Positions 1 to 11,082 of a DNA stretch of 64,000 nt are shown piece after piece. Each line of letters starts with the position of its first letter. Position 1 is the stretch's first letter. Source of the DNA: an uncultured bacterium. GTDB taxonomy: Bacteria > Acidobacteriota > HRBIN11 > JAKEFK01. The notes under the pieces are model-generated. The model was given only the letters and a program-made list of their open reading frames with translations, searched no databases and had not been told where the DNA came from. The stretch is taken from the NCBI GenBank assembly GCA_963777505.1, contig CAVZQN010000008.1, forward strand, positions 416,001-480,000, read 5' to 3'. Made by a program: the position numbers and the translations under genes.

Positions 1-674
1 CGATACATCAATCCTGCCACTGTGGCACCGGCAATCGGTGCAACCCAAAAAAGCCAGAGTTGTTGAAGCGCCCAACCCCCAACAATGATTGCGGGTCCTG
101 TGCTTCTCGCGGGATTTACCGAAGTATTTGTTACAGGAATACTGATGAGGTGAATTATTGTGAGAGCAAAACCGATTGCGAGTGGAGCAAATCCTGCTGG
201 AGCTCGTGAATCAGTAGCACCAATGATAATCAACAAGAACATAAAAGTCATTATCATTTCGGTTACAAATCCAGAAGCAAGCGAATAGCCACCTGGTGAA
301 TGTTCAGCATAACCATTGGAAGCAAGTCCACCACTTAAATCGAAACCGGGTTGTCCACTGGCGATAAAACAAAGAAGCGCTGCAGCAACGATTCCACCCA
401 GAACCTGAGCAACCACATAGGGAATCAACTCGGAAGATTTAAATCTTCCAGCCGCGACTAATCCAATTGAAACAGCGGGATTCAAATGACATCCTGAAAT
501 ATGGCCAATCGCAAAAGCCATGGTAAGAACGGTAAGACCAAAAGAGAGTGAAACACCCAGCAATCCGATTCCAACGTCAGGAAATGAGGCTGCCAAAACG
601 GCACTTCCACAACCTCCCAGAACTAACCAGAACGTACCAAGAAATTCGGCAAAAACACGATTTGTTATCGGCAT
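1..674 (-). CDS. aqpZ: Aquaporin Z (3' end runs off the window)
   Basis: Not in the ORF track. Manual translation from ATG 674 gives [29 protein letters not shown]...[13 protein letters not shown]...[12 protein letters not shown]...LWLFWVAPI, with both NPA motifs. A GGAGG RBS lies upstream. Confidence 0.95.
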   Translation of the reverse strand, partial: MPITNRVFAEFLGTFWLVLGGCGSAVLAASFPDVGIGLLGVSLSFGLTVLTMAFAIGHISGCHLNPAVSIGLVAAGRFKSSELIPYVVAQVLGGIVAAALLCFIASGQPGFDLSGGLASNGYAEHSPGGYSLASGFVTEMIMTFMFLLIIIGATDSRAPAGFAPLAIGFALTIIHLISIPVTNTSVNPARSTGPAIIVGGWALQQLWLFWVAPIAGATVAGLMY

Positions 675-1001
675 TTTCCCTCCAAGATTTTATTGAAACA
701 TAGCCTGGAAAAGTAAAATCTAACGAAAGTCTATTTTTCTAAGGAGCGATTGTTATGTATGGATAACTCCATTTTATATTCCTGAACGATCTTTACCAAG
801 GCGCTTTGCGTGGCTGTCTCATAAATACTGTCCCCGGTAAAATCCGTAGGGATTTTTGCGTCTAGCCTCAGACAAATTTTGCTTGGAAACGTCTGCTCAT
901 TTTCATTTATCCTTTAAAACAGGCAAGTATGAATTATTTTCATCAAAGTGATGTAGATAATCAATTAGACACATGAATAAATATCGACTATAAAATCGTT
1001 T

Positions 1002-3440
1002 ATGGAACTAAAAGATATTTCAGCAGACTTCCGCTATTCGGTACGAAGCCTTATTAATCGTCCTATGTTTGCGTTTGTCTCAATTTTAACGATTGGTCTG
1101 GGGATGGGCGGTGTTCTATGCATCTACTTTGTATTGAACTCGGTCCTTTTGCGGCGTTTGCCGTTTCCCGCTCCGGAGAAGCTCGTGATGGTCACAAGCA
1201 CCAACCGCGACGCTACGGGCAAGGTTGATGGGTACGGATCCTCTCCGCATGATTTCATGGACTGGCGGCGCTTGAATCGTACGTTTGAGCAGATGTCAGC
1301 ACTCGAAATGGGTGAAGTGGCTATAACCGATGGGCCAGAACCGGTGCAGATTCAAAGTTTGATAACTACAAGCAACCTCTTTTCCCTGCTTAGAGTACGC
1401 CCGCAATTAGGCCGGTACTTTGTCCCTGAAGAAGAAAATTCTAACAGTCGCGTTGTATTTATCAGCGATTCGCTTTGGCGGCGCTTTTACGGCAAACGTC
1501 CTGACATCATTGGAAAAACGATGGCGGTTGATGGCATGCCCTATAGGATCATCGGCGTGGCACCTGTCTCTTTTCGTTTTGCGGCTCCCGCGGATATCTG
1601 GCTTCCAATGAATCTTCAAATCGACCGCTCCGTGAATCCTGTAAATAGCAGAACACTCTTTGTAGTTGGCCGTTTGAAGAGCGAAACAAACCGTGTGGCA
1701 GCCGGAAGCGACCTTAGCCGCATTAGTGAACAGTTGGCAGGAATGTATCCTGCAACGAATCAAGGATGGGGCAACAAAATTGTTAGCGTTGATGACAACA
1801 TTCAGCGTGAGATCCGCGTTCCAGTTTCCGTCTTAGGTGTTGGCGTCATCATACTTTTGTTGATTGCGTGCGTGAATGTATCCGGGCTTATTTTGAACCG
1901 GGCAGTGGAGCGCGAAACGGAAATCGCGATGCGTCTGGCTCTGGGTGCTACGAAGCCACATCTATTCCGCCAGATTGTTTGCGAAAATCTACTGATTACA
2001 TTAGCGGGCACTGTATTGGGTTTTATGCTAGCAGCCGCATCTGTCAAGCCTCTGGCCCTTTATGGTCCAACACTTCCCTTCGGTACGCTCGATGTGGGTC
2101 TGCTGGAAAACCTTCATGTGGATTCTTCCGCAATGCTCATCGGAGCAACTCTTGCTGTTGTCATTGCCATCATTCTCACAGCTTTGACGATTCGGTTATG
2201 GCAAGGAAGGGGGCTCGCGGCTGATCTCTGCGCAACCGCAAGAGGCGCAACTGCTTCTGTTCAACACGGAAAACGCCAGGCCGGACTTCTCATTCTGCAG
2301 CTTACGGCTGCAACGCTGTTGCTTGCGATCACATTCGGCGTCTTAAAAACTTTTTGGAAATTGTCCGAGGTTCAATCCGGCTTTGATGTGACAAATACAA
2401 CAATTCTAAAACTATCGCTTCCGGCTTCCCGCTACGAAACGCATCCCAAGCGCGCGTTATTCATTGAACAATTCTTGCGCGCAATACGCCAACGAACAGA
2501 TGTTGCAAACGTAGCGGTTACCAGCCGGTTACCACTGAATGAATTTAGTTTTACAACACTTTTTGAAATTGAAGGGCGTCCTGCGTTGCCAGCCAATTCT
2601 CCAGTTGCAAACTTCCGGCGGATATCGGATGGTTACTTTCGAACGATTCGAGCAAACATGGTTGATGGAAGAGAATTCGATTCAGGCGACAAATCGGAAA
2701 ATTTACCTGTAGCAATCGTGACGCGAAAACTCGCAAATACTTTTTGGCCCGGTCAGTCCGCGATTGGGAAAAAAATCAAGCGGTTGAGCGGAAAAGATTC
2801 CTGGCGCACGATTGTTGGGGTAGTGGAAGACGTGAGAGAACTATCCTATTCGCAGCCTGTATCGCCAGTGCTATACATTCCGTATGCGCAAGGAAGCTCG
2901 CCGGTCTTATATTGCATGATCCGCTCAACCTTACCGGAGCAAGTGGTTGTCTCGAATATTCGTGCTGAATTGCGCAGGATCGATCCGCTCTTACCGTCAG
3001 GCGAAACACAAACCATGCGACAATGGCAAAGCAAAACACTGTCACGTCCCCGGTTTACTGCTGTTCTGATGATCACATTTTCCGTGGTCGCATTCAGCAT
3101 TTCTCTTGTTGGAGTTTTTGGAAATGTGCGCAGCTGGGTGCTTGCCAGATTCCGTGAGATTGGAATTCGATTGGCATGCGGTGCTACTCACACTTCCATC
3201 ATCCTTCTAATATTGTCGCGCGCCGCGAAAATCGTTTTCTGCGGGATTTTGACCGGTGTACTCTTGACGTTCATTTCGGCAAAAAGCATCACATCGTTCT
3301 TTGATTCAAAATACCTCATCGACTCCGGCGCTGCTTTTTTAGCCGCGGCGGTTATGACTGCGGTTTGCTTTTTGTCGGCATATTTGTCAGCAAGAGCATC
3401 TAGAGAAATCAGTCCATCAATTCTTCTCAACCGCATGTAG
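1002..3440 (+). CDS. ABC transporter permease, ADOP (duplicated MacB_PCD/FtsX) type
   Basis: 812 aa. N-terminal DFRYSVRSL, LLIACVNV, EIAMRLALGA and a second REIGIRLACGA repeat. No ATPase gene is adjacent. Confidence 0.9.
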   Translation: MELKDISADFRYSVRSLINRPMFAFVSILTIGLGMGGVLCIYFVLNSVLLRRLPFPAPEKLVMVTSTNRDATGKVDGYGSSPHDFMDWRRLNRTFEQMSALEMGEVAITDGPEPVQIQSLITTSNLFSLLRVRPQLGRYFVPEEENSNSRVVFISDSLWRRFYGKRPDIIGKTMAVDGMPYRIIGVAPVSFRFAAPADIWLPMNLQIDRSVNPVNSRTLFVVGRLKSETNRVAAGSDLSRISEQLAGMYPATNQGWGNKIVSVDDNIQREIRVPVSVLGVGVIILLLIACVNVSGLILNRAVERETEIAMRLALGATKPHLFRQIVCENLLITLAGTVLGFMLAAASVKPLALYGPTLPFGTLDVGLLENLHVDSSAMLIGATLAVVIAIILTALTIRLWQGRGLAADLCATARGATASVQHGKRQAGLLILQLTAATLLLAITFGVLKTFWKLSEVQSGFDVTNTTILKLSLPASRYETHPKRALFIEQFLRAIRQRTDVANVAVTSRLPLNEFSFTTLFEIEGRPALPANSPVANFRRISDGYFRTIRANMVDGREFDSGDKSENLPVAIVTRKLANTFWPGQSAIGKKIKRLSGKDSWRTIVGVVEDVRELSYSQPVSPVLYIPYAQGSSPVLYCMIRSTLPEQVVVSNIRAELRRIDPLLPSGETQTMRQWQSKTLSRPRFTAVLMITFSVVAFSISLVGVFGNVRSWVLARFREIGIRLACGATHTSIILLILSRAAKIVFCGILTGVLLTFISAKSITSFFDSKYLIDSGAAFLAAAVMTAVCFLSAYLSARASREISPSILLNRM

Positions 3441-3453
3441 AATCGAATTGGTT

Positions 3454-4909
3454 TTATTGCGCTGAGATCGCTTGTTTGGCTTTGCTGCGAACGATCGCAT
3501 AATTCAGATTACTTAACCCGTTGAAATCGACAACCTGTTGAAAGGCTTGCTTTGCGTTGGCTTGATCTCCTTTCGCCTGATAAGCCAGAGCTTGCCTGTA
3601 AACATTGTAGGGATCCTGAAGGTTCGACTCTTTTAGTTCTGCAATCGCGCGATCGTATTCTTTCTTTTCTAAAGCGATCATTCCACCAAGCTCATGAGCT
3701 AACCGGATTTGAAATCGGTTTTTTTCCTTTTCTGCCTGTGTCAGCAACAAATTTCGATTTGACTCTGCAGCTGCAAAATCCTTTTCTTTGACGGATGCTC
3801 GTCCTGAAAGCAAAAGATGATTTTGTTGCGCAATTTTCTTAACGTCTTCGGATTGGTTAGAAGTCTTTACAGTCTTTAGAGCATCATCAAATTTAGCTCG
3901 CGCTTCTTTGACTTTGCCAGATTCTAGCAAAATGATTCCTGCTGTATTCCGATCTCCGGCAATCGCTACGGGATCGTTCATTTTTTTCGCGAGTGCAAGT
4001 TGCTTTTCCAATTCAGCTAACGCTTCGTTCGGCTTTCCCTCCGCTACATATGAAGTTGTGATTGCCCTGATGAGCCGTTCTGCGCTCTCCATCATTGCGC
4101 GCCACGGTCAGCAGTTTTTGTAACTCTTTCCTTGCGTTTTCATGCTGCCCTTTGAAATCCAGATTCGTTGCAATTCCCAGATAGGAATTCACAAAATGCG
4201 AATCCAGTGTTAGAGCTTTCTGGTAATTTTGAATTGACTCATCGTATCTGCCGATTCTCATTAATAGTTCTGCGTAGGAATCATAAGGATTCGGATCGTT
4301 TGGAATGAGCTCGATGTACTTACGAAATGCATTTTCAGAACGATCAAACTTTCCTTGAAATCTGTATGCGTATCCAAGAAGATTGTAAGCAGGAGAGAAC
4401 TTCGGATTGATTCCAACAGCACGTTCGTATTCACCAATCGCTTTGTCATACTCTTGCAGACCGAAGTAGTACGTGCCGAGCAGGTTGTGCGCTCGTTCGT
4501 CATCCGGATAAGCCGATGCTAGTTTCTGAAAATATTCACCCTGCTTTGCTGGATAGCCGTTTGCGCCGGCTTGAACCGCAAGGATCCAGAGTTTTTCACC
4601 TTCGGAAGCTTTATTAGAAAGTGATACGGCTTGATTGAGATCCTGGAAAAATGCTGGTGTGCTGGGCTGCGCAAAGGATCTGTTGAGGTAAGCAATAGCA
4701 AAATCAGGATCTGTCTCAATCGCTTTTTTGAAAATGCTGAAGGGAGTCCTGACCACGCAGTTTTTCTGCTAATCCCGGCCCTCCAGAAAATGTTTTCGTG
4801 CCGCTTCCGATTTTGTACTGATTGGAATTTTTTCACTTTCCGCGGCAACATACGTCACCATTACTGCTGATATCAAAAGATAAAAAAGGGAGCGAATTGG
4901 GCTTCTCGT
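3454..4909 (-). CDS. Exported TPR-repeat protein, frameshifted in this assembly
   Basis: ORF pieces 4013-4756 and 3454-4095 are TPR-rich. The upstream frame reads (T)RSPIRSLFYLLISAVMVTYVAAESEKIPISTKSEAARKHFLEGRD, a signal peptide plus an IPIST motif. GGAGG lies 7 nt before an ACG at 4909. Confidence 0.75.
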
Positions 4910-5042
4910 ACTCGGACCTCCAACTTTCCCTTTTTAAAACAATTGAGTAGGCTTTGAACAATAATTCTGTCACAAGCGGGTATTTTCGAATTTTGAAGAG
5001 CAAGTCCGTCTGTGACAGATTGGGCGTATCTATTTTGCTTAC

Positions 5043-5081
5043 TAATGCAATCATTGGATCGATTTTGGATGCGCGCAGAGC
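5043..5081 (-). pseudogene. Remnant of an ADOP permease C-terminus
   Basis: Translates as ALRASKIDPMIAL, matching the C-terminus [17 protein letters not shown] of the permease at 51570-54005. Confidence 0.55.
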
Positions 5082-5216
5082 TTCCGTCCGGAAAAGTATT
5101 TCGTGCCGAGAATCATTCAGTTTGTTGTAAGAAGTAGATGGAGCGTTTAAGATAGAACACCATACTGCAATGAGATCGGAATCAAGTCACCGGACGTGTA
5201 CTCGACGGGGTTCATA

Positions 5217-7316
5217 TTGATTGGACGTACCCTTGCGCATTACAAAGTTGTGGCTGCGGTCGGTGCAGGTGGAATGGGCAAGGTTTATCGCGCGACGGAT
5301 ACAAAGCTGAACAGCGATGTGGCATTAAAGGTGCTGCCGGCGGAGATGGCCTCGAGTCCGGAGCGTCTCGATCGTTTTCAAAGAGAAGCGAAGGCGCTCG
5401 CTGCACTCGATCATCCTGGAATTGTCACGTTTACTCCGTAGAAGAAGCCGATGGAACTCACTTCCTCACGATGCAGCTTGTGGAAGGTCAGTCGCTCGAT
5501 CAGATAATTGCCGAAGGAAGGTTTTGCGTTCAGCAATTATTCGAAGTTGCAATACCGTTTGCCGATGCGCTTTCCGCTGCTCATGAAAAGGGAATCATTC
5601 ACCGTGACTTGAAACCGGCCAATATTATGATCAGCGAAAGTGGCCGCGTGAAGGTTCTTGATTTTGGTCTCGCTAAAGTTGCTGACCCCAGTGATGCAGG
5701 CGACAGGAAGCTCGAATCTTCCAACCGAGATGCATACACGCGAAGGAGCCGTTATGGGCACGATGCCATATATGTCTCCTGAACAAATCGAAGGGCATGA
5801 AGCTTGATTCACGAAGCGACATTTTTTCTCTTGGAGTTGTACTTCATGAAATGGCCGCTGGAAAACGTCCGTTTCACGGACCGACTGCTCCGGCATTGAT
5901 TTCTGCGATTCTCCGGGATCCTCCGCCCGAATTATCCAGAATTCGACCTGACTTACCGGAGGGTTTTAATCAATTAGTATCCCGTTGTCTGGAAAAAAAT
6001 TCCAGGCAGCGTATCCAAAGTGCAAAAGAAATTCGAGCAGGAATTAGAAGCATTACGTCGCAAGTTGAACTCAACGGATGCTGTCCAGAGAACTGCTGAT
6101 TCGATTCCCGGGGTTTGGCGGCAGGCCTGCAATTGCGGTTCTACCGTTTGATAATCTTTCGCGCGATCCTGAACAAGAGTATTTTGCCGATGGTCTTGCC
6201 GAAGATTTAATAACGAGACTTTCTCTGTGGCGATCTTTTCCTGTAATCGCACGCAATTCAAGTTTTGTTTACAAAGGAAGAGCTGTGGATGTCAAACAGG
6301 TTGCCTCCGATTTGAAAGTTCGCTACATCGTTGAAGGGAGTGTACGAAAGGCAGGCAACCGCGTGCGGATCACAGCTCAGTTGATCGATGCAACTACTGG
6401 CGAGCATGTTTGGGCAAAGACGTATGATCGTGAGCTGACGGATATTTTTGCTGTTCAGGATGAAATCAGCGAAGCGATTGCAGCATCACTTGCCAGCGAT
6501 CTACAGCGTGCGGAACACTCACGAGCCCAGCGCCGTCCGCCCGAAAATCTGGAAGCCTGGGAATTGTATCAGCGAGCTTTGCCGCTTATTTATCATTTCA
6601 CACGCGCCGATAGCGATCAGGCCCGCGCTTTGCTCGAACGTGCGGTTGCGCTCGATCCGCAGTTCTCTACACCTCTCGCAAGACTTGCAGAGCTTGGTGT
6701 CTGGGAAGTAATCAATACATGGACCGATGATCCTCAGCGAACATTGGAAGTTGCACTCGCGCAGGCGCGGAAAGCTGTCGCGCTCGATCCAAGAGATCCT
6801 GAGGCGCATGCCATGCTTTCTTTTGCGCTGATTACAGCCGGCTATTCTACAGCATCTCTCGAATCGGCTCGCCGTGCTGTAGATTTGAATCCCAGCTTTC
6901 CGCTCGCTTTGACATTTCTTGCATACATGATGCACATGACCGGAAATCCGCCCCAAGAAAGCATTGATCTGGTGAAAAGGGCAATGCGTTTAAGTCCGCA
7001 AGATCCGATCGAATGGCTTTTTTATGACGCGCTCGGCGGCGCCTACTGGAATGCCGGACGCTGCGAAGAAGGACTCGCTGTAAGCAAACGTCTCATTGCT
7101 ATGCTTCCGAATTACTACTTCGGATATATATGGAGTGCTCTAAACCTGGTTGGTTTGGCACGGGTGGATGAAGCCAAAGAAGTAATTCGCATAGCACGTC
7201 AAGTTCAGCCTGCGTTGTCTCTCGCGTTGCTGCGCAGAGGCCTTGGCGCCATGGCGAGTGATGTAGATCGCCGTATGTCTGTTGCTTTGATCCAGGCTGG
7301 CATTCCCGAATCCTGA
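5217..7316 (+). CDS. Ser/Thr protein kinase fused to a TolB-N/adenylate-cyclase-associated TPR domain, frameshifted
   Basis: Pieces carry [39 protein letters not shown] and RSDIFSLG, followed by [27 protein letters not shown] and TPRs. Confidence 0.85.
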
Positions 7317-7322
7317 ACGTAG

Positions 7323-8144
7323 GTGGCTACACAAAATCATACTTATTGCACTATGCGCTACGATCCACCAATGGGGTCTTACGAATTTTTTTTGCGTCGT
7401 TTTGAAGCCGAAAAAGTTCATTGGTGGTTAAAAGGCATTCAAGAAATTTCCGCCAGAATCTTAGATGTACACTGCGGTAACTCAAAGAACCTGAAAATTC
7501 TTGACGCCGGCTGCGGTACGGGAGTTTTTCTTTCATCCCTGCAACGATACACCGTACCCGCAAACGTAATCGGAATCGATCAATCAAAACATGCACTGGA
7601 GTTTAGCCGAACGCGTGGAAATTTTCCTCTTTGCCGATCTTCGGTTATTCAATTGCCCTTTCACGATGGTTATTTTGATTTGGTAATCTGCAATGGCGTT
7701 CTGCAATATTTGACCAAGGACTCGGATAGCGCTGCATTGATAGAATTTTCCAGAGTATTAAAGCCAGGAGGTTCTTTGTTTGTCAGAACTATTTCTAGTC
7801 AGGGATTGGCAAGACATTCAGTATCTGGAGATGGTTTCAGGATGTACAGTGTGAGTGAATTAGGGAACAAAATCCAGAACGCCGGCTTTAATATCCTTAA
7901 ATTGACTTGCGCAAATATTCTCTTATCGATCATACCGACAATCAGCCGTTATTTGAAAACAAGGAAAGATCCGATTTACTCCAGGCCGAATCAGCCCAGG
8001 AAACTTTCAAGATCGCTAAACTGGATCAACAGCTGTTTGTATTGGCTCATGAAAGGCGAAGCCTGGTTTTTATCCAGACCAAATTCAAAGTCATCGTTTG
8101 GAATGACCATCATCTGCGTAGCTCAAAAGATTAGCTCCGCTTAA
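7323..8144 (+). CDS. Class I SAM-dependent methyltransferase
   Basis: Motifs ILDAGCGTG, LPFHDGYFDLV and RVLKPGG. Confidence 0.9.
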   Translation: MATQNHTYCTMRYDPPMGSYEFFLRRFEAEKVHWWLKGIQEISARILDVHCGNSKNLKILDAGCGTGVFLSSLQRYTVPANVIGIDQSKHALEFSRTRGNFPLCRSSVIQLPFHDGYFDLVICNGVLQYLTKDSDSAALIEFSRVLKPGGSLFVRTISSQGLARHSVSGDGFRMYSVSELGNKIQNAGFNILKLTCANILLSIIPTISRYLKTRKDPIYSRPNQPRKLSRSLNWINSCLYWLMKGEAWFLSRPNSKSSFGMTIICVAQKISSA

Positions 8145-8252
8145 ATCTTCTTTGCACGAACCGTAGAATTTACATAACGAATTCATCGCAGATGGGCCGT
8201 TGCAATTTTCATTTCGCGGAATGAAAATTGTGAGAAAATGTGAGTTCAAGTT

Positions 8253-9018
8253 ATGAAGCTGAAAGACCGAACCGCAATTATCACTGGCGCGACATCCGGC
8301 ATCGGAGAGGCATCAGCTATACTTTTCGCGCAAGAAGGCGCCAAGGTAACGGTGACCGGTCGCAACGATGAGCGTGGACGAAACGTGGTTGATGCAATTA
8401 CTGCGGCTGGTGGTTCAGCGGTTTTCGTCAGAGCGGACGTCAGGCTTGCCAGCGATTGCGAACGCATTGTGAATGAAACGTTGCGCGCATTCGGCGGCCG
8501 CATCGACATTCTTTTCAATAATGCAGGCGTTTTCTATCCACACAACTCAATCGAATGTACTGAAGAGGAGTGGGATGCGACGGTCGATTCAAGCTTGAAG
8601 GGATCGTGGCTCATGGCAAAGTATTCGTTGCCGATAATGATTGCGCAGCAAAGCGGCGTGATCATCAATCAGGCATCTGGATGGGGTATTCAAGGCGGAG
8701 ATGAAGCAGTCGCTTATTGCGCCGCTAAGGGCGGGCTCGTTGTGATGACGAAAGCGATGGCGATCGATCATGGGAAGCATGGAATTCGCGTGAATTGTCT
8801 CTGCCCTGGCGATGTCGAGACTCCAATGTTGGCTGACCGATGCAAAAGCTCGCCAAATGACTTATGTGGATTATATAAAAGGCGCTGCGAATCGTCCGCT
8901 TGGCCGCGTCGGAACCGCAGCGGAACTTGCGCAAGCAGCTCTCTTTCTCGCATCAGACGATTCTTCGTTTATGACCGGTGCGACATTGGTTGTAGATGGT
9001 GGCGGCATCGCCGATTGA
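8253..9018 (+). CDS. SDR family oxidoreductase, frameshift near 8835
   Basis: [12 protein letters not shown] and YCAAK. The C-terminus [36 protein letters not shown] lies in ORF 8812-9018. Confidence 0.9.
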
Positions 9019-9052
9019 TGATGATCTTCAAACAACTACCACGGAGATTTTG

Positions 9053-9805
9053 ATGAAAGGTTTGAGCAACAAGCGAGTTGTAATCACTGGCGGCGCTAGC
9101 GGAATCGGTGAGGCAACGGTCGAGAGATTTTTGGAGGAAGGTGCTCGCGTCGCGGTGATTGACTACGACAAAGTTGGCGGTCAAAACCTTCGGAAAAAAT
9201 TCACAAATCTTGCCGGCGTTATTATTGCGGATGTGGCCGACGCCATCGCAGTTGATGGCGCTTTTCGTGAGCTGGATGAACTGCTGGGTGGTGTAGACAT
9301 CACGATCAACAATGCCGGAATCAGCATACGCCATGACTTTATGGACATTACACCTGAGGAATGGCGCAAAGTGATGAGCGTTGATCTGGATGGTGTGTTC
9401 TACGTGGCACAGCAATCGGCAAAACGCATGCTCGCGGGCACTGGCGGAGTCATCATCAACATGGGCTCCACTTCAGGAATGAACGGATACCCACGATATG
9501 CCGACTACAATGCAGCAAAAGCAGGTGTGATCGAACTCACCCGCACGATGGCGCTGGAACTTGCGCCCACTATCCGCGTGATCGCGGTATGTCCAGGATA
9601 CGTCTGGACGTCAATGCAGGAGGCAGAGTACACACCGGAAATGAAGGCAGCAGTAGATGCAAAGATCCCGCTGCGCCGTCATGCGGCACCCAGCGAAATC
9701 GCCGCGCTCTTTGCCTTTCTTGCTTCCGAAGAAGCTCCATATATAACAGGACATCCAGTGATCATTGACGGCGGCGAAATCGTCGGCGGTCTCGCAAGCC
9801 GTTAA
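9053..9805 (+). CDS. SDR family oxidoreductase
   Basis: TGGASGIG, NNAG, YNAAK and IDGG. ATG 9053 follows a GGAG RBS. Confidence 0.9.
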   Translation: MKGLSNKRVVITGGASGIGEATVERFLEEGARVAVIDYDKVGGQNLRKKFTNLAGVIIADVADAIAVDGAFRELDELLGGVDITINNAGISIRHDFMDITPEEWRKVMSVDLDGVFYVAQQSAKRMLAGTGGVIINMGSTSGMNGYPRYADYNAAKAGVIELTRTMALELAPTIRVIAVCPGYVWTSMQEAEYTPEMKAAVDAKIPLRRHAAPSEIAALFAFLASEEAPYITGHPVIIDGGEIVGGLASR

Positions 9806-9830
9806 AGAACCACGGTTCGGTTGTCTGCCA

Positions 9831-10463
9831 TTAAATGAAGTCTTCTAAATAACTAAGTCTCACATCTACAGAAAGAATCAAGCGTTCGTTTGTTCCTTTG
9901 TGGACAACACTATGCGGAGAGGGTCCGCCATCCTTGAAAGCGATGATCTTCCCTTCTTCCCAGGTCCTTTGCTGAGTTCCAACTTTAATATAGCAATCAG
10001 GATCGCATAACAAACCTAAATGCAGTCTCATCCAATCATTCACCCATCCTGTATGGGGACGTATCACCGAACCAGGAACTAACCGGCTGACAAATACATT
10101 GGCTAAATTATTTTCGGATTCTAACGAAGAAATTACTGAAACAACGGTAGGACAATGTTCTCTCGCATTTTTTATCCGTGCCGCCAAAAATTCTTGAAAA
10201 TTATCGATCCCGGGCATTTCGATAAAGTCAGCGGCCTCTCCTTCGAAGCGCGATAAAGGAATTACCGCCCAGTAGTGATCATAAAGCTTTGTTTCTTGCG
10301 ATGTCTCCAAATCAATCACGTCATACAGCGGATAATCAACGAAAGGATTGTGATTTTCCCTGTAGCGCAAAACCTCATCACGAATCTGTGGATAATTTTC
10401 CAATAGCAATTTATAGATGGGAACATCGGTCAAATAATCTTCCCAAAACTCCGGTGAATCCAT
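9831..10463 (-). CDS. Aspartyl/asparaginyl beta-hydroxylase family 2OG-Fe(II) oxygenase
   Basis: SRLVPGSVIRPHTG, RLHLGL, WEEGKIIAF, HSVVHKG and RLILSVD. Confidence 0.85.
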   Translation of the reverse strand: MDSPEFWEDYLTDVPIYKLLLENYPQIRDEVLRYRENHNPFVDYPLYDVIDLETSQETKLYDHYWAVIPLSRFEGEAADFIEMPGIDNFQEFLAARIKNAREHCPTVVSVISSLESENNLANVFVSRLVPGSVIRPHTGWVNDWMRLHLGLLCDPDCYIKVGTQQRTWEEGKIIAFKDGGPSPHSVVHKGTNERLILSVDVRLSYLEDFI

Positions 10464-10549
10464 AATTAAAATTTTACCGCATAGTGCAAATTACTCTGAG
10501 GATGCCTTTGGATGCATGCAAAAATTTCTATCTTGTTTAAGGAGAAAGC

Positions 10550-10769
10550 ATGAAGAATGAATTGGTAGCAATTGCTACGGCATCAGATAGCGGAATTGGG
10601 AGGAGTTGTGCGCATAAGCTCGAGGAACTGGATATCGACTGGTGTTGTTCTCGCGCTCCGGCACTCTGGACGAAGCAGCAAATGTTGTGGCCTTTCTCCT
10701 GTCGGCAGAGACTGGATATATCAACTGGCAAATCTGCTTGTTGACGGCGGATTCAACCGATCCATCTAA
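10550..10769 (+). pseudogene. Collapsed SDR remnant
   Basis: An N-terminus MKNELVAIATASDSGIGRSCAHKL with a good RBS is joined almost directly to C-terminal GTLDEAANVVAFLLSAETGYI and LLVDGGFNRSI. The catalytic core is missing. Confidence 0.7.
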
Positions 10770-11082
10770 TCCAATACAAATCGGTACACTCAGGCTAAAT
10801 AGGATGAGGGTTTTGCCATATGGCACATATAGTACTGCCACATGGCACATATCGAACGCGGTGGCAATAATGTATTCATGTTCGGCGTCCTTAAAAGCTT
10901 CAAGCAACTTGCCTAATTTCAGATTCATCAAAGAACCAATGTCTTTTGGTTGAAGCTCATCACCTTTTCCTCCGATGATGCAGACTCTCACCATGTTATG
11001 CGTAAGAAATAATAGAGGCGGATCACGAATGAATCATGACTGTAGTGATCGGCAGCTAATTCTTTCGTAGGCCCTCCAATTT

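Noticed and set aside
9831-10463. Functional link between the Asp/Asn hydroxylase and either the asparaginase operon or the VHL-domain protein
   Set aside because: They are not co-transcribed, the similarity is in name only, and this family does not imply prolyl hydroxylation.
10575-10994. 139-aa minus-strand hypothetical ORF
   Set aside because: It has no motif or clear RBS and overlaps the SDR remnant, so I cannot support it.
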